Of a stretch of 64,000 bases of DNA, positions 1 through 11,976 are shown in pieces; position 1 is the stretch's first letter, and each line of letters starts with the position of its first letter. Source of the stretch: Podarcis erhardii (taxonomy: Eukaryota); the NCBI GenBank assembly GCA_964252035.1, contig OZ176205.1. One strand, 5' to 3'. The notes under the pieces are model-generated. The model made no database searches, was not told the DNA's origin, and worked only from the letters and a program-made list of their open reading frames with translations. The position numbers were made by a program, and so were the translations under genes.

Positions 1-1551
1 TACAGGGGCTGCAATTCTTTATGGCCCTCAGATTTTGCATCCCATTAAGTACTGACACTATGATTAATTTATCTTAAAGGGTTACTTTTTGTCAAACAGT
101 GGTGGTGATGGCGGTTGTTAACCCATATTCACTAGTGGTTAAGAGTGTGTACAGCATTTATCAAAACTTTCTGCAGCTTCTTTCATCTCATTAGCATCTC
201 AGTCTCTATTCAGTAGTTGATGTCCGTTACAGCAAGAGTGCTCAGTTCTTGTTTTCAATAAGCTGGTTGTAAAATGTCAGAGTGTCACTTGCAATATAAA
301 AAAGCAAAAATGATGGTATTTGAAAAAAATGTTACACCTCATAAAAACAAATTGTAAAGACATGAAAGTGATCTTGGTATGTTTTACTTTTCAGGACAGT
401 TTAGCACAGCTGCTTTAAATACCAGTTGTCTGGATTCCCACACTTCCCTACCAATGGAGAGGTTTACACAAGCATAATTTAAGTTACAATTACCCTAATT
501 AACATCTTATTTGCATAAATACTTGAAAGCAGAGCAACAAAGAAATGCCTTAGAAGCTGAACCTCAGTGGAGAAATGTGTTTTCACTGTGTTTTGGAAAA
601 TATAGGCCATTATGTTTAAAGTTTCAGGCATAATAAAATAAACTGAAGTTCTATGGTTAATATTTTTATTACAATTTGGCCATGCCCCTTTTTACCTACT
701 AGGTGTTAAATTTGGGAGGGAATCTTGCAGGAATTCAAGACACCTAAAACTGTCACACTTTTTTTTAAACTATTCAGAGATGACAGAAGCCTTCTCGTTG
801 ATCAAAAATAGCATTAATTTTCTTTTCTTTTTTTTGTATGAGCAAAAATACTGTGGGTGCCAGTCTAGTTCCAATCATATTAAGTGGTTGGACCATGAGA
901 ATCATGTTTGAAATCTTTTATTTCAAAAAATATTCATAGGAACTGAAGCTCAGTATTTAAAATGATAGTACAATGGAGTTGTTTTCTCTTTTCTCAACTC
1001 TTAAAGTGAGATGTTTATAGCACTGTAGGCTGGGGCCCACTTTTGATTCTGAAAGTTTTTTCAGACTTCCTGAGGTCATTGCAAATACTGAATCCCACCT
1101 ATCATATATCCTTACTCAGAAAAGGCTTTTCCAAAAGCAAAGGATCAAAGGATCTGAATTGCAGAAATGGAACAGTTTGCTGCTTCTGGGGCCAAAAACA
1201 TTAATTTTAAGTGTGACTTTAAATTTATAAAACTTGAAGAATACAATTGGAAGTAGGTGCAGATGAAAAATGTTAATTTTGAACTTCAGTGGAACCTCCT
1301 TCTTGTACATTTATATTTTGTGATTATTTCTTGAGTTAGCTGGTGGTACTTCTGATTTTTCTTTTTTTATATTGCTGATGTATGTTATATTATTACTAGG
1401 TTTCCATTTAGGTACATTTTATTGTAATTGTTATGGCCTTTGACTAGCATGAATTTTGTGATTATTGCTCCTGAGATACCTAACTTAAGAGCAGCAGCTC
1501 AATTATAGAAACAATACTTTGACTGCTAATACAAACTGATCACAGGATTTT

Positions 1552-1732
1552 GGGGGAAGTGCTCAGTGGTTGAGTATCTCATTTGCATGCAGAAGGTCCT
1601 AGACTCAATGCCTTCAATTTCTAGGTAGGGCTGGGAATATCTTCTGTCAGACTCTGGGGAGCCAGTGCCAGTCTGAGTAAACAATACTGAGGTGGATTGA
1701 CCAAGCCATTATGCTAGATTCCTACGTTCCTA
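1552..1732 (+). mobile_element. tRNA-derived SINE with CR1-type tail (squamate Anolis-SINE2/Squam2-like), decayed
   Basis: tRNA-like head (gctcagtggttgag...tttgcatgcagaaggtcctagactcaat), body ggtagggctgggaa...gccagt...acaatactgag and tail ttcctacgttccta; the same family occurs inverted at 43768-43966. Family name is from memory. Confidence 0.75.
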
Positions 1733-1967
1733 AGAGTTTGGATTTGATATCCCGCTTTATCACTACCCTAAGGAGTCTCAAAGCAGCTAACAATCTCCTT
1801 TCCCTTCCTCTCCCACAACAAACACTCTGTTAGGTGAGTGGGGCTGAGAGACTTCAGAGAAGTGTGACTAGCCCAAGGTCACCCAGCAGCTGCATGTGGA
1901 GGAGCAGGGAATAAACCTGGTTCCCCAGATTACGAGTCCACTGCTCTTAATCACTACGCCACACTGG
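1733..1967 (-). mobile_element. tRNA-derived CORE-type SINE (MIR/Ther1-related, Squam3-like), well preserved
   Basis: The minus strand starts ccagtgtggcgtagtgattaagagc (A box), has a B-box-like ggtttattcc, a CORE-like gctgggtgaccttgggctagtcac and ends gggatatcaaatccaaactct. Confidence 0.85.
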
Positions 1968-2318
1968 GAGAGAAACAGACCTCTAGTTTGTAATGAATAT
2001 ACTGCCCAGGATAAAGTTAGAGTTTAATCAAAGGCTCCTGAAATAAGTAAAAGTGTTCCCTGCAGATTCTCACTTACTTCTAAATCAGGGCATCTTATAC
2101 TTTTATCAAAATAATACCTTCCCCAAAGGAAGAAGGAAGACAAGGAGAACTCGGTATGGGACTCCCTATACTTAACGTAACAGGTAGCCTTATCCTGTTG
2201 AGATATAGGAACTCTTTAAGTAGTAGCTTGTGCTGCCACATCTAGTGCAGTATTCTGGCAGGCTGGCTAAGAGATTAGTACTCCATTGCAGTGACTCATA
2301 GGATTAAGGTGAAACAAA

Positions 2319-2901
2319 GGCTCAATTCACACATGCAGACATCTGTTTGAATGGCTGCTTGTGGCACAGCTCCTCATAGGCATTCCATGTAGTCATCAGA
2401 GGCCCTTCTTCAAGTGCCTCCTCCAATAGAGGTCCAGACTAGGGTAGTAATGTGAGAAACGGCCTTTTCTGCAGTAGCTCCCCATTTGTGGAATGCTCTC
2501 CATAGGGAGGTTTGCCGGGCGCCTTCATTACATATCTTTAGGCACCAGGCGATAACACTGCTCTGTAACCAGGCCTTTGGCTGATCAACATGGGTTTGTG
2601 GGAGGGAGGTTATTGGGTTTGTTTTTGCTCTTTTTTAATGATGTATTTTGTGTTCTCATTTTGTATTTTTATGTTGTGAACCACCATGTGATGTTTGGAT
2701 GAAGGGCGGTATACAAATTAAATAAATAAAATTGATTGATTGTGTGAAGTGGCTTTCCATGCTGTTCAGGCATGACAAAGCCTCCAGGGTTGCAAGAAGG
2801 CCTGGTTACTTCACACATATGGCTTACTATATGGACCTGTGTCTATGCTGATGTCTTATAACTAGCCACCAATTTTGGTGGCTGCATGTGTGAACTGAGC
2901 C
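2319..2901. mobile_element. PIF/Harbinger-like MITE (20-bp TIRs) containing an L2 3' fragment
   Basis: ggctcaattcacacatgcag (2319-2338) and ctgcatgtgtgaactgagcc (2882-2901) are reverse complements at 19/20 positions, with aaa on both outer flanks. The superfamily is inferred from the GGC..TTCACAC terminus and a 3-bp flank match. Confidence 0.55.
2393..2730 (+). mobile_element. L2 LINE 3' fragment
   Basis: Decayed ORF2 C-terminus (cggccttttctgcagtagctcccatttgtggaatgctctcc, reading AFSAVAPICGML vs the L2 motif RAFSxxAPxLWNxLP), a T-rich 3' UTR and an end gaagggcggtatacaaattaaataaataaa. Confidence 0.8.
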
Positions 2902-3299
2902 AAAGCCAACCCCAACACAATGCAGTTGGTAGAATTTAGTATTGGATGAAGCAGGAAACATCCTAGGAAAGTGAAATTTTTGACTGACTATTTGGTAAAG
3001 TCATACAGTTCTTAATCCTGCAGAGTTAGGATGTAAAGCTGATTCTTTTAGCTTCTGGCCTGAACAAGATATACACAAAAGATTTGCTGAATTCAGAGTG
3101 GATAAAGGAGGAGTCTGTGCTTTGCCTAGCATCTGTTGGTACTTCCTTACAGAGACTTCCTTACTATTTGAGACTGCTGATTCTAAAGATGTTCTGGGAT
3201 GAGATCTGACCATTTAAAAAATCTAATTAATATTAAGCTTCAGTTGCACCTTTTCCTTAAGGGTTATAAAATCAGTTCACTGAATGGATAGGGTAGCAG

Positions 3300-3300
<1 letters not shown>

Positions 3301-3367
<67 letters not shown>
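3301..3367. repeat. (CT)n microsatellite, about 33 units with two interruptions
   Basis: Read directly; it is the source of the spurious SLSLSL ORF at 3284-3469. Confidence 0.98.
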
Positions 3368-4178
3368 ATATATGTTAATGAAGTATTGATCCTTTCCGTA
3401 ACTGATTATAGTGTCTGTGCAACCACTGACCTGGTTAGACTGCTTTTCAAAAAACTTCTTGCCATGTGAACTGGCCTGAATAACATCTAATCACATTTAT
3501 TCCACTTCATTTCTGATTAATTCCGTTCAAGGTACCATATCAAGGTAATAAAAATGAATGGATTAAGAATTGGGGCTTAGTATATTAAAAATCAAAACAT
3601 AATCACAGGGCTTTTTCAGTGTTTATGTCTAAAGGGAGGTATGTGTTTTTCATCCTATGCAAGTACAAACCCTTTTTTGGAAGTTGATCTCTTTATGATG
3701 GCATTTACTCTTGATAAGCTGTCTGCTAGAGGTGTTTATAGTTACAGACGGTTATGATATTGCTAAATGTTTTAAGTCCTGTATTATCTTGTTATAACTT
3801 GTCATTATTTAACGTAATAAATTTTAGTCTACCTGAAGAAAATTGTGGTGCATTGAAATAATTCAATACCTACCCACTCATTGGTCCCAATTTAACATTA
3901 TTAACTATTGGTTTTCATGTATTGTTCTAAGTAACAATTGCTTGGTGCAGTCTCTGCTTTTAACTCACAATTTAATCATACATTGTGTGAATTTAGTAAA
4001 CCAAAGATTATAGTGAATTAATAATAGTGAATCAGCTGACCAGAGCTGAACTGCAGTTCTATCGCTATAAAACTTAATTTAAAACATATAATTGTTGTTA
4101 TATGTTATGTTTACAGGGTATTAGTTTTGATTTTTCTCTTGATTACACATCATTAGTCTGTAGTACCATTCATTAACA

Positions 4179-4266
4179 GCATGATCTTGCATATGTCTAC
4201 TCAGAAGTAAGTCTCATTCAGTTTCAGTGGGTCTTATAGTTAATTGTGCATAGGATTGCAGACTTA
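4179..4266. mobile_element. Short palindromic squamate repeat (caatcctatgc...gcataggattg family), decayed
   Basis: tgtctactcagaagtaagtctcatt...gtgcataggattgcag; related fragments at about 54775-54800 and 57377-57452. Confidence 0.55.
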
Positions 4267-5474
4267 GTGATGGTCGTTCATTTCAAACATGTAAGATCTG
4301 AAATTAAGGAATATTACCGGAAAGGTATATATAATGAAATCAGACTAAATCCCAGTTTTCCATATCTGTACTGTTTGTACATAGAACTACACTCCATTTA
4401 AAAGGGACAGAGTGTTTCCATTAAACTACAAATCCTTAATAGAAGAAGTTTGATCTACACTATTTTCCTATCTTTTTGAAGCACTGGGTGAACATACCAT
4501 ATGCATTCTAACCACTGTTATTACTAGTGGGAGTAGAGTACGTAAAGGTCTGGTGCTTTTAAGTCCAAGTGCTTCTAGTGCCTAAATGTAATGTATGAGT
4601 CTGATGGTCATCAAAGCATCTGCTTCAGAAATGTTCATTCTTTTGTTCAGATCTCAAACTTACAGCCTGTTAAATCCCCAATAAAAGAAAATAACTGTCC
4701 AATTTTCTATGTGTTAACTAAAACAAACAAGGACAGAAGATTCTTTGAGCTGTTTCGGCTGGTATATTGATATGCAGGAACAGGATGCACAATCTCCCTG
4801 TGCTTCCTATTCTTACACAACATTATCATGTCTCAAATACGAACTTTGTTACTTTTATTATTACCAGGGACATGCAAAAACTGTGTGCATGTGAGGAGCT
4901 TGCACATCTTCCAGGTTGGGGGGGGGATGAATATTGGGTGTGACATTGTCACAGATGAACAGGAAATATGGGAAATGTCTGCATCCTGGCCTGTACAACA
5001 AGGTATTATCCAAAGCAACTCACAGCCTGGGGATAAGCAGATCAAAGAGAAAACGAAGAAGACAAGGCATACTGTATTGGTACTAGAATCGTATGTTATG
5101 ATGTTACAGTAGTAGGAGATAGATAATTAAGAATAAAAAGGAGAGGCATTGTATAATGGTTCCAAACAACTCGGCTTCAGATTCTGCTTCGTCATGTATT
5201 CAGCTCATAAACTTGTATATGTGCTAGAATGTAGGCAGTATATTGTCCATGATATCCAGGTTCCTGTCCTCTCCATATTTACATACACATTTTCCCTTTA
5301 AGCCATTAGGGAAGCTAAAAAGAGAGTAACCTAAACTGATTCTAAATAGTATTCACACTTTCCAGGTTGGTTGCAGCAACCAATTTGGAGCTCTTTTGGC
5401 CTCACCATGGCCCATCTTGGTAAATGCCCTGCTGCGACTGCCAGGAGGGTGCTGCTGCTGCTGCTCCTACCCCA

Positions 5475-5511
5475 ACACACACACACAGACACACACACAC
5501 ACACACACACA
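5475..5511. repeat. (CA)n microsatellite, preceded by a short (CTG)4-5 run
   Basis: Read directly. Confidence 0.97.
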
Positions 5512-5739
5512 ATGGCTCGGCATCACCATGCTTGGCACTGTTTTGACAAATGCAAAAGTGCCCACAGTTTTGCGTTACAGTTATGCAGCAACAAGCAAGG
5601 TGTGAAAGAAAGCTGCTGGAAGAAGCTGACAACAGGAAGCAACAAGGAGGAGGTAATTCTTAACATAATCAAGTGCTTGTGGTCTTAAGTAAAGTTGATG
5701 TCCAGCTGAATTGAAAATAATCTGCATGAAATTAGAGAA

Positions 5740-5910
5740 ATGTTTATTTTTCTATCACATTTGCATCCCAGCCTACTTTTACCGCCTTCAGGACAGCTTA
5801 TATGGTCTTATATACTGATCTTCACAAGAACTCAGGAGGGTTATATTTATGGCAGATGTGGAATTTGAACACAATTCTCTCTGGTAATACCCTATCTACT
5901 CTGTTATACT
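5740..5910 (-). mobile_element. Old CORE/MIR-like SINE remnant
   Basis: The order tttatttttcta...atcccagcc...atcttcacaagaactc...ggaatttgaac resembles the reversed CORE-SINE at 61660-61882; heavily diverged. Confidence 0.4.
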
Positions 5911-7510
5911 GACATGCTTAAGAACTCAAACTGTCCAAAATGTTTGCCTGTAGTATGCTATTTCTTTTATTCTGACCCAAATTTATGAAATTGCATGTGC
6001 AAATCAAGTCTTTATTATGGCTAGCATCCTTTCCTAAATGTCCAGACTAGATTTTCTGGGTGGCAGTGCAAAGCATCATTGCTCTTCCTCTAGGCTTGAT
6101 AATTAAATATTGGTTAATAGATTTGGGTATCGTTGATCAACAGAACACTACAAGTGAAGCACAGTAAAGTTAAGTGATGCTCTAAAGTGTTTAGGAGGGT
6201 GAAATTTCTGTTTGTCCCTCATTAGAAGCAGCTGTAAAGGAATACAACATATAATCATTTTACTGAAATAAATTGTCATTATGGTACACTTTTATTTTTA
6301 TTTGGCTTGAGTAGTCTGACTTTTGTTAATTTAAGCAATCAGCATACCTGAAAAAACTATTTTTGATATTTAATTATTAGCAAGGGTTTTTTGTGTAGAA
6401 AAAAAGCAAAACCATTCATCCAAAATTATAGACACCAAGTACCAAACTGCAATATCCTGACTCACAGTGCTTTATCAAAAGCATTGCCAGTTTTCTGCTT
6501 TAGACTTGATTGGGCATAAAAATATCCCTGTACAGGGACATTTTTATTACCTCATTTGGTTTTAGAGAACTTTGCTTGCAAGTGTTTATAGTGGTGTATA
6601 ATAACTGGAGTTGCAAATATCTCAAGAATGGAGATTAGTTGTAAATATGACATACCTAGTATTCCCAGAAGTGATTCTCATCATCCACCTATGTAATGTC
6701 TCCCACCTCCCAATACTGTATTTGTAACTCTCTAAACTGCAAAGCACCCATTTTCGTAATATCTAGTAATCAGCTTCTTATTTCTGCCTCTTGCGTCCCA
6801 CAGTTCTCTTGACAGAAGTTTTGGCATGACAGAGTGCAGAAGGCCTCCCCATATTTGGACATTATGGCAAGCTCATCCACTGGCTCCCTTTTCTCCAATA
6901 AAATTTCTGGTTATTGCACTGCTGCTGTAATTTCCAAAGAAGACTTGTTCAGCCAAGTTTCACGAGTTAGATGTATATCTGAAGATAGGCAAGCCTCTTT
7001 CAGACATTTCTGCAGAAGTGCAAAAATTGGACACGAGATACTTGCATGTGCAAGTGGTTGTGTTTGCTCTCTTGTTTTAAAATTGAAGTCTTTAGGGCTT
7101 GATGGTCTTTGAGCAACTGCAGGCATGGACTGAATGCTACCCCTTACAAATAATAATAATAATGCATATATGGAAGACTAGATTTTTGGGAGCAGGATTC
7201 CAGTCTATCCCCCCCTACCAATACATAGGAAAATGTTTTTCCAGGGGTTCTGAGGTAGGCAACAGGAGAGGTGACCATGGAGGGAGATGTTCTGTAAGCA
7301 TTTGCTTTGAATTGTCACAAAACCCATGGGCCTTTCTGGATGTTCACTTGGAGCATTCACAAAGACTGACCCCATTTTCAGCAGTGTATTATGCTGGATA
7401 GGTTATTTCCTGGTTTGGGCATTGTATATGGCAGACATCCCTGGGAATGACAGATTTGACCAAATGCAGTGTGCAACTAAGTATTGGTGAGGAAGGGAGA
7501 AATGAAGTTA

Positions 7511-7733
7511 CAGTGGTACGGTAACTCGAGTTACAGACGCTTCAGGTTACAGACTCCGCTAACCCAAAAATAGTACCTCGGGTTAAGAACTTTGCTTCAG
7601 GATGAGAACAGAAATCCTGCTCCAGCGGCAGCGGGAGGCCCCATTAGCTGAAGTGGTACCTCAGGTTAAGTACCATTTCAGGTTAAGAATGGACCTCCAG
7701 AACCAATTAAGTTCTTAACCTGAGGTACCACTG
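7511..7733 (+). mobile_element. Tc1/mariner (Tigger-like) MITE, copy 1
   Basis: TA|cagtggtac...gaggtaccactg|TA with internal ggttaagaac/ggttacagac subterminal repeats; six further copies in the window. Confidence 0.92.
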
Positions 7734-10700
7734 TATATTGCTCTATTCTGTCAGGGAAAGAAAGTGGTAGTAGCCACTTTTGATTTAATTTCCCCACCAT
7801 ACTATTCTAGTTGTTGTTTTTTAAGTGCAGATAACATTGTGTTTGCATAAACCACGTGTGTGTGGACTGTCTTGTTCTGAGAAGTATCATCGTACAGTGT
7901 TGTCAAAGATGTCTCCCCATACACACGCACACCAAATTAGTAAGTGGGAACATTCTGTTCCATAGTTTAGTCTTTTGTCTTTGGTCAATTCATACACTTT
8001 CTCATTCTACTTCTAAATAGCCACATATGCAAAGAATACTCAAGTTACAGAAAAAAATCTCAACCATATGTAACATACAAGAAGATTAGTGGTAATAAAA
8101 CTGAATTAATTGTGGTTTTGGCAGTCAAGACAGCATAAGGGCCATATTTTAGAGTTTTAGGCAAATCCACATGTATCTCAGAGTTCGCTATAGATCTGCA
8201 GTATGTGGGGCTACTTAAATGCACATCCTGCTTGGTAGTCTGGCCTGTCATTCAAAATGAATGGCAGGAAACTAACATCTCGAGGTGATGATAGTGCTAT
8301 AGATTTTAATTCTAATGCCAGTCATACTGGTTGAGACATGTTCTGATAAATGAAAAATGAAATTTTCAAACATTCTTTACTGCCTGCTGTGTATCTTGGC
8401 AAATAATCATAAGGGTTTAGCATAAAAAAATTCCAAGGAGCACTCTGCCATAGGTTTTTAAAATAAATGTTTCATAATAGCATACTGTAAGTACGGACTT
8501 ATGCCCTTAGACCTAAGAACTGGCTGTTTCCTGTACTTGTGCAATGATAAGGAAAGTTTTGACTTTAAAGGATGGTGGTGGTGAGCATTTTCTTTTCCAT
8601 ATATGATTATGGGAAATGTGCGTGCTCATAGCTTTCGGGATTATGGGTTATTCTCCTGTTTACTTTTTTGAAAAGAAAATGTTATTCATTTTCTCTAAGG
8701 CAAATAAATTGTTTCTAAATCTCTACATATAGATAGCCCAGCTGATAAACAGTTTCATAAATAGAGAATGCTGTCTGCCCAAAGCCAGCATCAGATATGC
8801 AGTGTTAGTCAAACGAAGAAGATGAGAATGAGGAATAGAGAGAAAGAAAAGAAAGATATCTGTTGGTTTGCTGTTAAACTGAAGTTCCAGATTCTTGCTT
8901 GAACATGTCTGAGTTCAAATGAGGCAACTTTCAGTGCTTCACCAAGTGCTTAAATTTAGGTGACGGAAACACTACTTTGCTAATTTGAGCGGAATGTTTA
9001 AAACAAAGTGTTACTGTTTAATCTGGGCACATGACGTGCGAATGAATGTTTGAATGAAATGACATAATTGTTGGTTAGTCTGTATAATTTAGAGAGGGGG
9101 CCTATCTCAGCACAAGTTTCAGTTCATAAGCATTGGGAAGAATTCTCATTTTGGAGGGAGAAATTATTTGCCTTCAAAAACAAGAAGTACAGCTTTCTTC
9201 TTTTCTCATATTTGTCAGCCTGTAAAAAATAAAGATATATCTCAGACTTGCTTATATCCATGCCTTTCAGCTGAAGAGCATTTTTCTTAACCTCTTTCCT
9301 CACATTGCGTATGATATTTAATCCATCATGTTAACTTTAAACAATAATACACAAGCTGTTGCTGGCAGTAGCATGAAGCTGATGGTCCATCTGGAAAGCA
9401 AAAACACTGATCAGGGAAATAAGAGAATTAAAACTGTTTAGGGGTATATTTGCATGAATTAAAAGAAAAAGAACCCAGAATGGAGAACATTGTATTTAAT
9501 AGTTTTTTAACAGGCAGTTTATTAATTGTTTTGTGTTCTCGCTGAGAGGAATTCCTAACACAAAATATACTTATTTTCCAGCTAGCCATTATTCTTGGAA
9601 GGTTGCTGTTGTTTTTTAAAAAGTAAAGTAATAATGCTTAAAAACCACAGTCAAGAGAGTTATTTTAGCTCGTAGAATACATAGTCAAGGATTCTGTGCA
9701 AAATGTTGCATTTTGTATTCTTTCTCATGACTCATAGAGGAATAATAGAGACAAGATCCATCAACCAATTTGACTCTAAAGTTTAAGACAAGTAGTTACA
9801 GGGGGCTTTAAATACCAGCTGTAGGATAAGTCAAGTTTCATATTGAATAGTTCTTTTTAACCAATCAAGAGGCTTGACTTTAGAAAAAGCAGCACAAGAG
9901 TACTGCCCTTTAAACAATGAGGGGGCTTTGCATCACAACCCACAATGGTTCATATTATGCCTATGCAGTAGACATCAGAAGAAAACACAATTATGAGATT
10001 AAAATCTTTTAACATATTAATGTTGGGCACAATCCAGCAAAATTTAAGCCTCAAGTGCCATGGATTTAATTTAGAATAATTGAAGAACATGTATAACTCT
10101 GGTATCAATACAACCTAAAAAGTTTCATTTATGGTTGTTAGGACTGTCGCTGATCAAAAGTGAGTGTTCCCATTTTCTGGAATAAAATACATCTTCCATT
10201 CCTTACATTGTTTTGCCAGTAGATTTCAGGTTTCTTGTGCAGTACATTTTATGAGAAATTTTTTGCCAATAGTTTATTTTGAGGGCATGAAGCGGCACTA
10301 TAATATTTTGCTGATATTTTTTGTATCAACATGTATGGGGCATGTATTTGTGTAAACCACCCCTTCCAAAAAATACTACAGCTACAATTTTAAAATTTCT
10401 TCTGTTAGGAAAGTTGTTAGCCTTTGATTTTATGAAGACATCAGAAAGCAAATAGGCAAATTATATAAATAAGGAGATTTTTTAATAATAATAATAATGA
10501 GACTTGCTAAACATCTCTGATGATTGTACTGAAATATATGCTTTTAGCTTTAAATGACTATACATACAGTGCTGTTGAGATAGTGGAAAATTTTACACTG
10601 AGGAATGGCAGTAACCCAAGTTACCTGTAGGATTTGGAGTCATATGGAAACACTTAAGGCGCAGTGGAAAACTTTTTGAAATACACTGGAATGAGCTAGC

Positions 10701-10745
10701 AGCATTATTCAATAGAAAAAGGAATATGGATTGCACCAGTAAGAA

Positions 10746-10750
<5 letters not shown>

Positions 10751-10778
<28 letters not shown>
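10751..10778. repeat. (AC)14 microsatellite
   Basis: Read directly. Confidence 0.97.
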
Positions 10779-10783
<5 letters not shown>

Positions 10784-11942
10784 GAGATATATACTTCAAG
10801 TCATATGCTGGTATTTATCCAGTTTTTCATTTATATTTTACAAGCAGCCTGCCTATAGAAGTTACACACTTTGAAAGGTATAACTTTTGTGCTTCCTAAG
10901 ACTCTAGAAGAGTAGATAATGATAATATAATATAATATAATCCAAAATGTTTATGGTGCTAGATGCCAGAGCATCTGTCCTCTTCACAATAATTAAAACT
11001 GACTTATCCATAAACAATAAATAACAGGCTACCCACTCAGGCAGCCAGAAACTCACTGCCACATAAGCTCACTAGCTGCACCCATCTGCCAAATAAAATC
11101 CTCCTTGCTGCCTTCTATTGTCAAAAAAGGCCTGACTAAATAAGCATGCCCAGGACTGATACGGTCTGATTCTTTTCCGTAGGTCATTCTTCAGAAGGGA
11201 ACCTTGGCCAGCTCTTCCTTTTCTGAGGGTAGTCATAAGTCCCTCTGCTTGACACCCATTCTGTGTGTCCCAAAGAACAACAAAAACTCCATTCTGTTTT
11301 ATTAGGATAAACCAACAAGTACCTCTTTTTTCCTTATGTAATTTAATTAAGTTATTTATTACCAACTTTTTGGAACACAGGAGTGTAGGGGGGTGGGAGC
11401 TACCTCTTGAACCCTAGGGAAGAAGTGACTTAATGACTAGAAAATAAAAGAGAATTTGCTTGGGAAAACTGTGGAATTAAAGTTCCAGATGAAACATGCA
11501 CCAGTGATGCATAACATTTTTGTTAATTGGGTCTTAACAGGTTTCCCACTCACGCTGCAATCATTTTAGAAATGGGTCACACTAGGCAGCGCCGGCAGGG
11601 TATCCCTGCAGCTTATAGAACATTTGCCTTGCAGTAAAACGGCATCTAAATTTGGGCTCATCTGATTGCGTAGTGAATATGCCTGACTTCAGGGGAGCTA
11701 CACCAATTTGTAGCCATTTGATGAGCTTGTTGCCTCTTTACAGCTGGAAAACCCAATCCGCAACATACTTGGCCTTACAAGCCCCATTAGTGTGTGTAGA
11801 GTTGGCATCTGTACAGAGCTGCTTCTTAAAAAAAGAGAGTGTCTTAAGAACCTGTCTGCATACATCCAAACCATTTAGATAATAAGAACGGTTTGGATAA
11901 TTAGACTCGATGAATGAGAGACCTGGGTCCATGACCTCACAG

Positions 11943-11945
11943 AAA

Positions 11946-11976
<31 letters not shown>
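11943..11976. repeat. (AAAT)8 microsatellite
   Basis: Read directly. Confidence 0.97.

Noticed and set aside
3284-5688. ORFs with SLSLSL, HTHTHT and poly-L/C runs
   Set aside because: These are translations of (CT)n, (CA)n and (CTG)n microsatellites.
11581-11595. acactaggcagcgcc, CTCF-like
   Set aside because: Mismatches at core GG positions; a single weak motif is uninformative.
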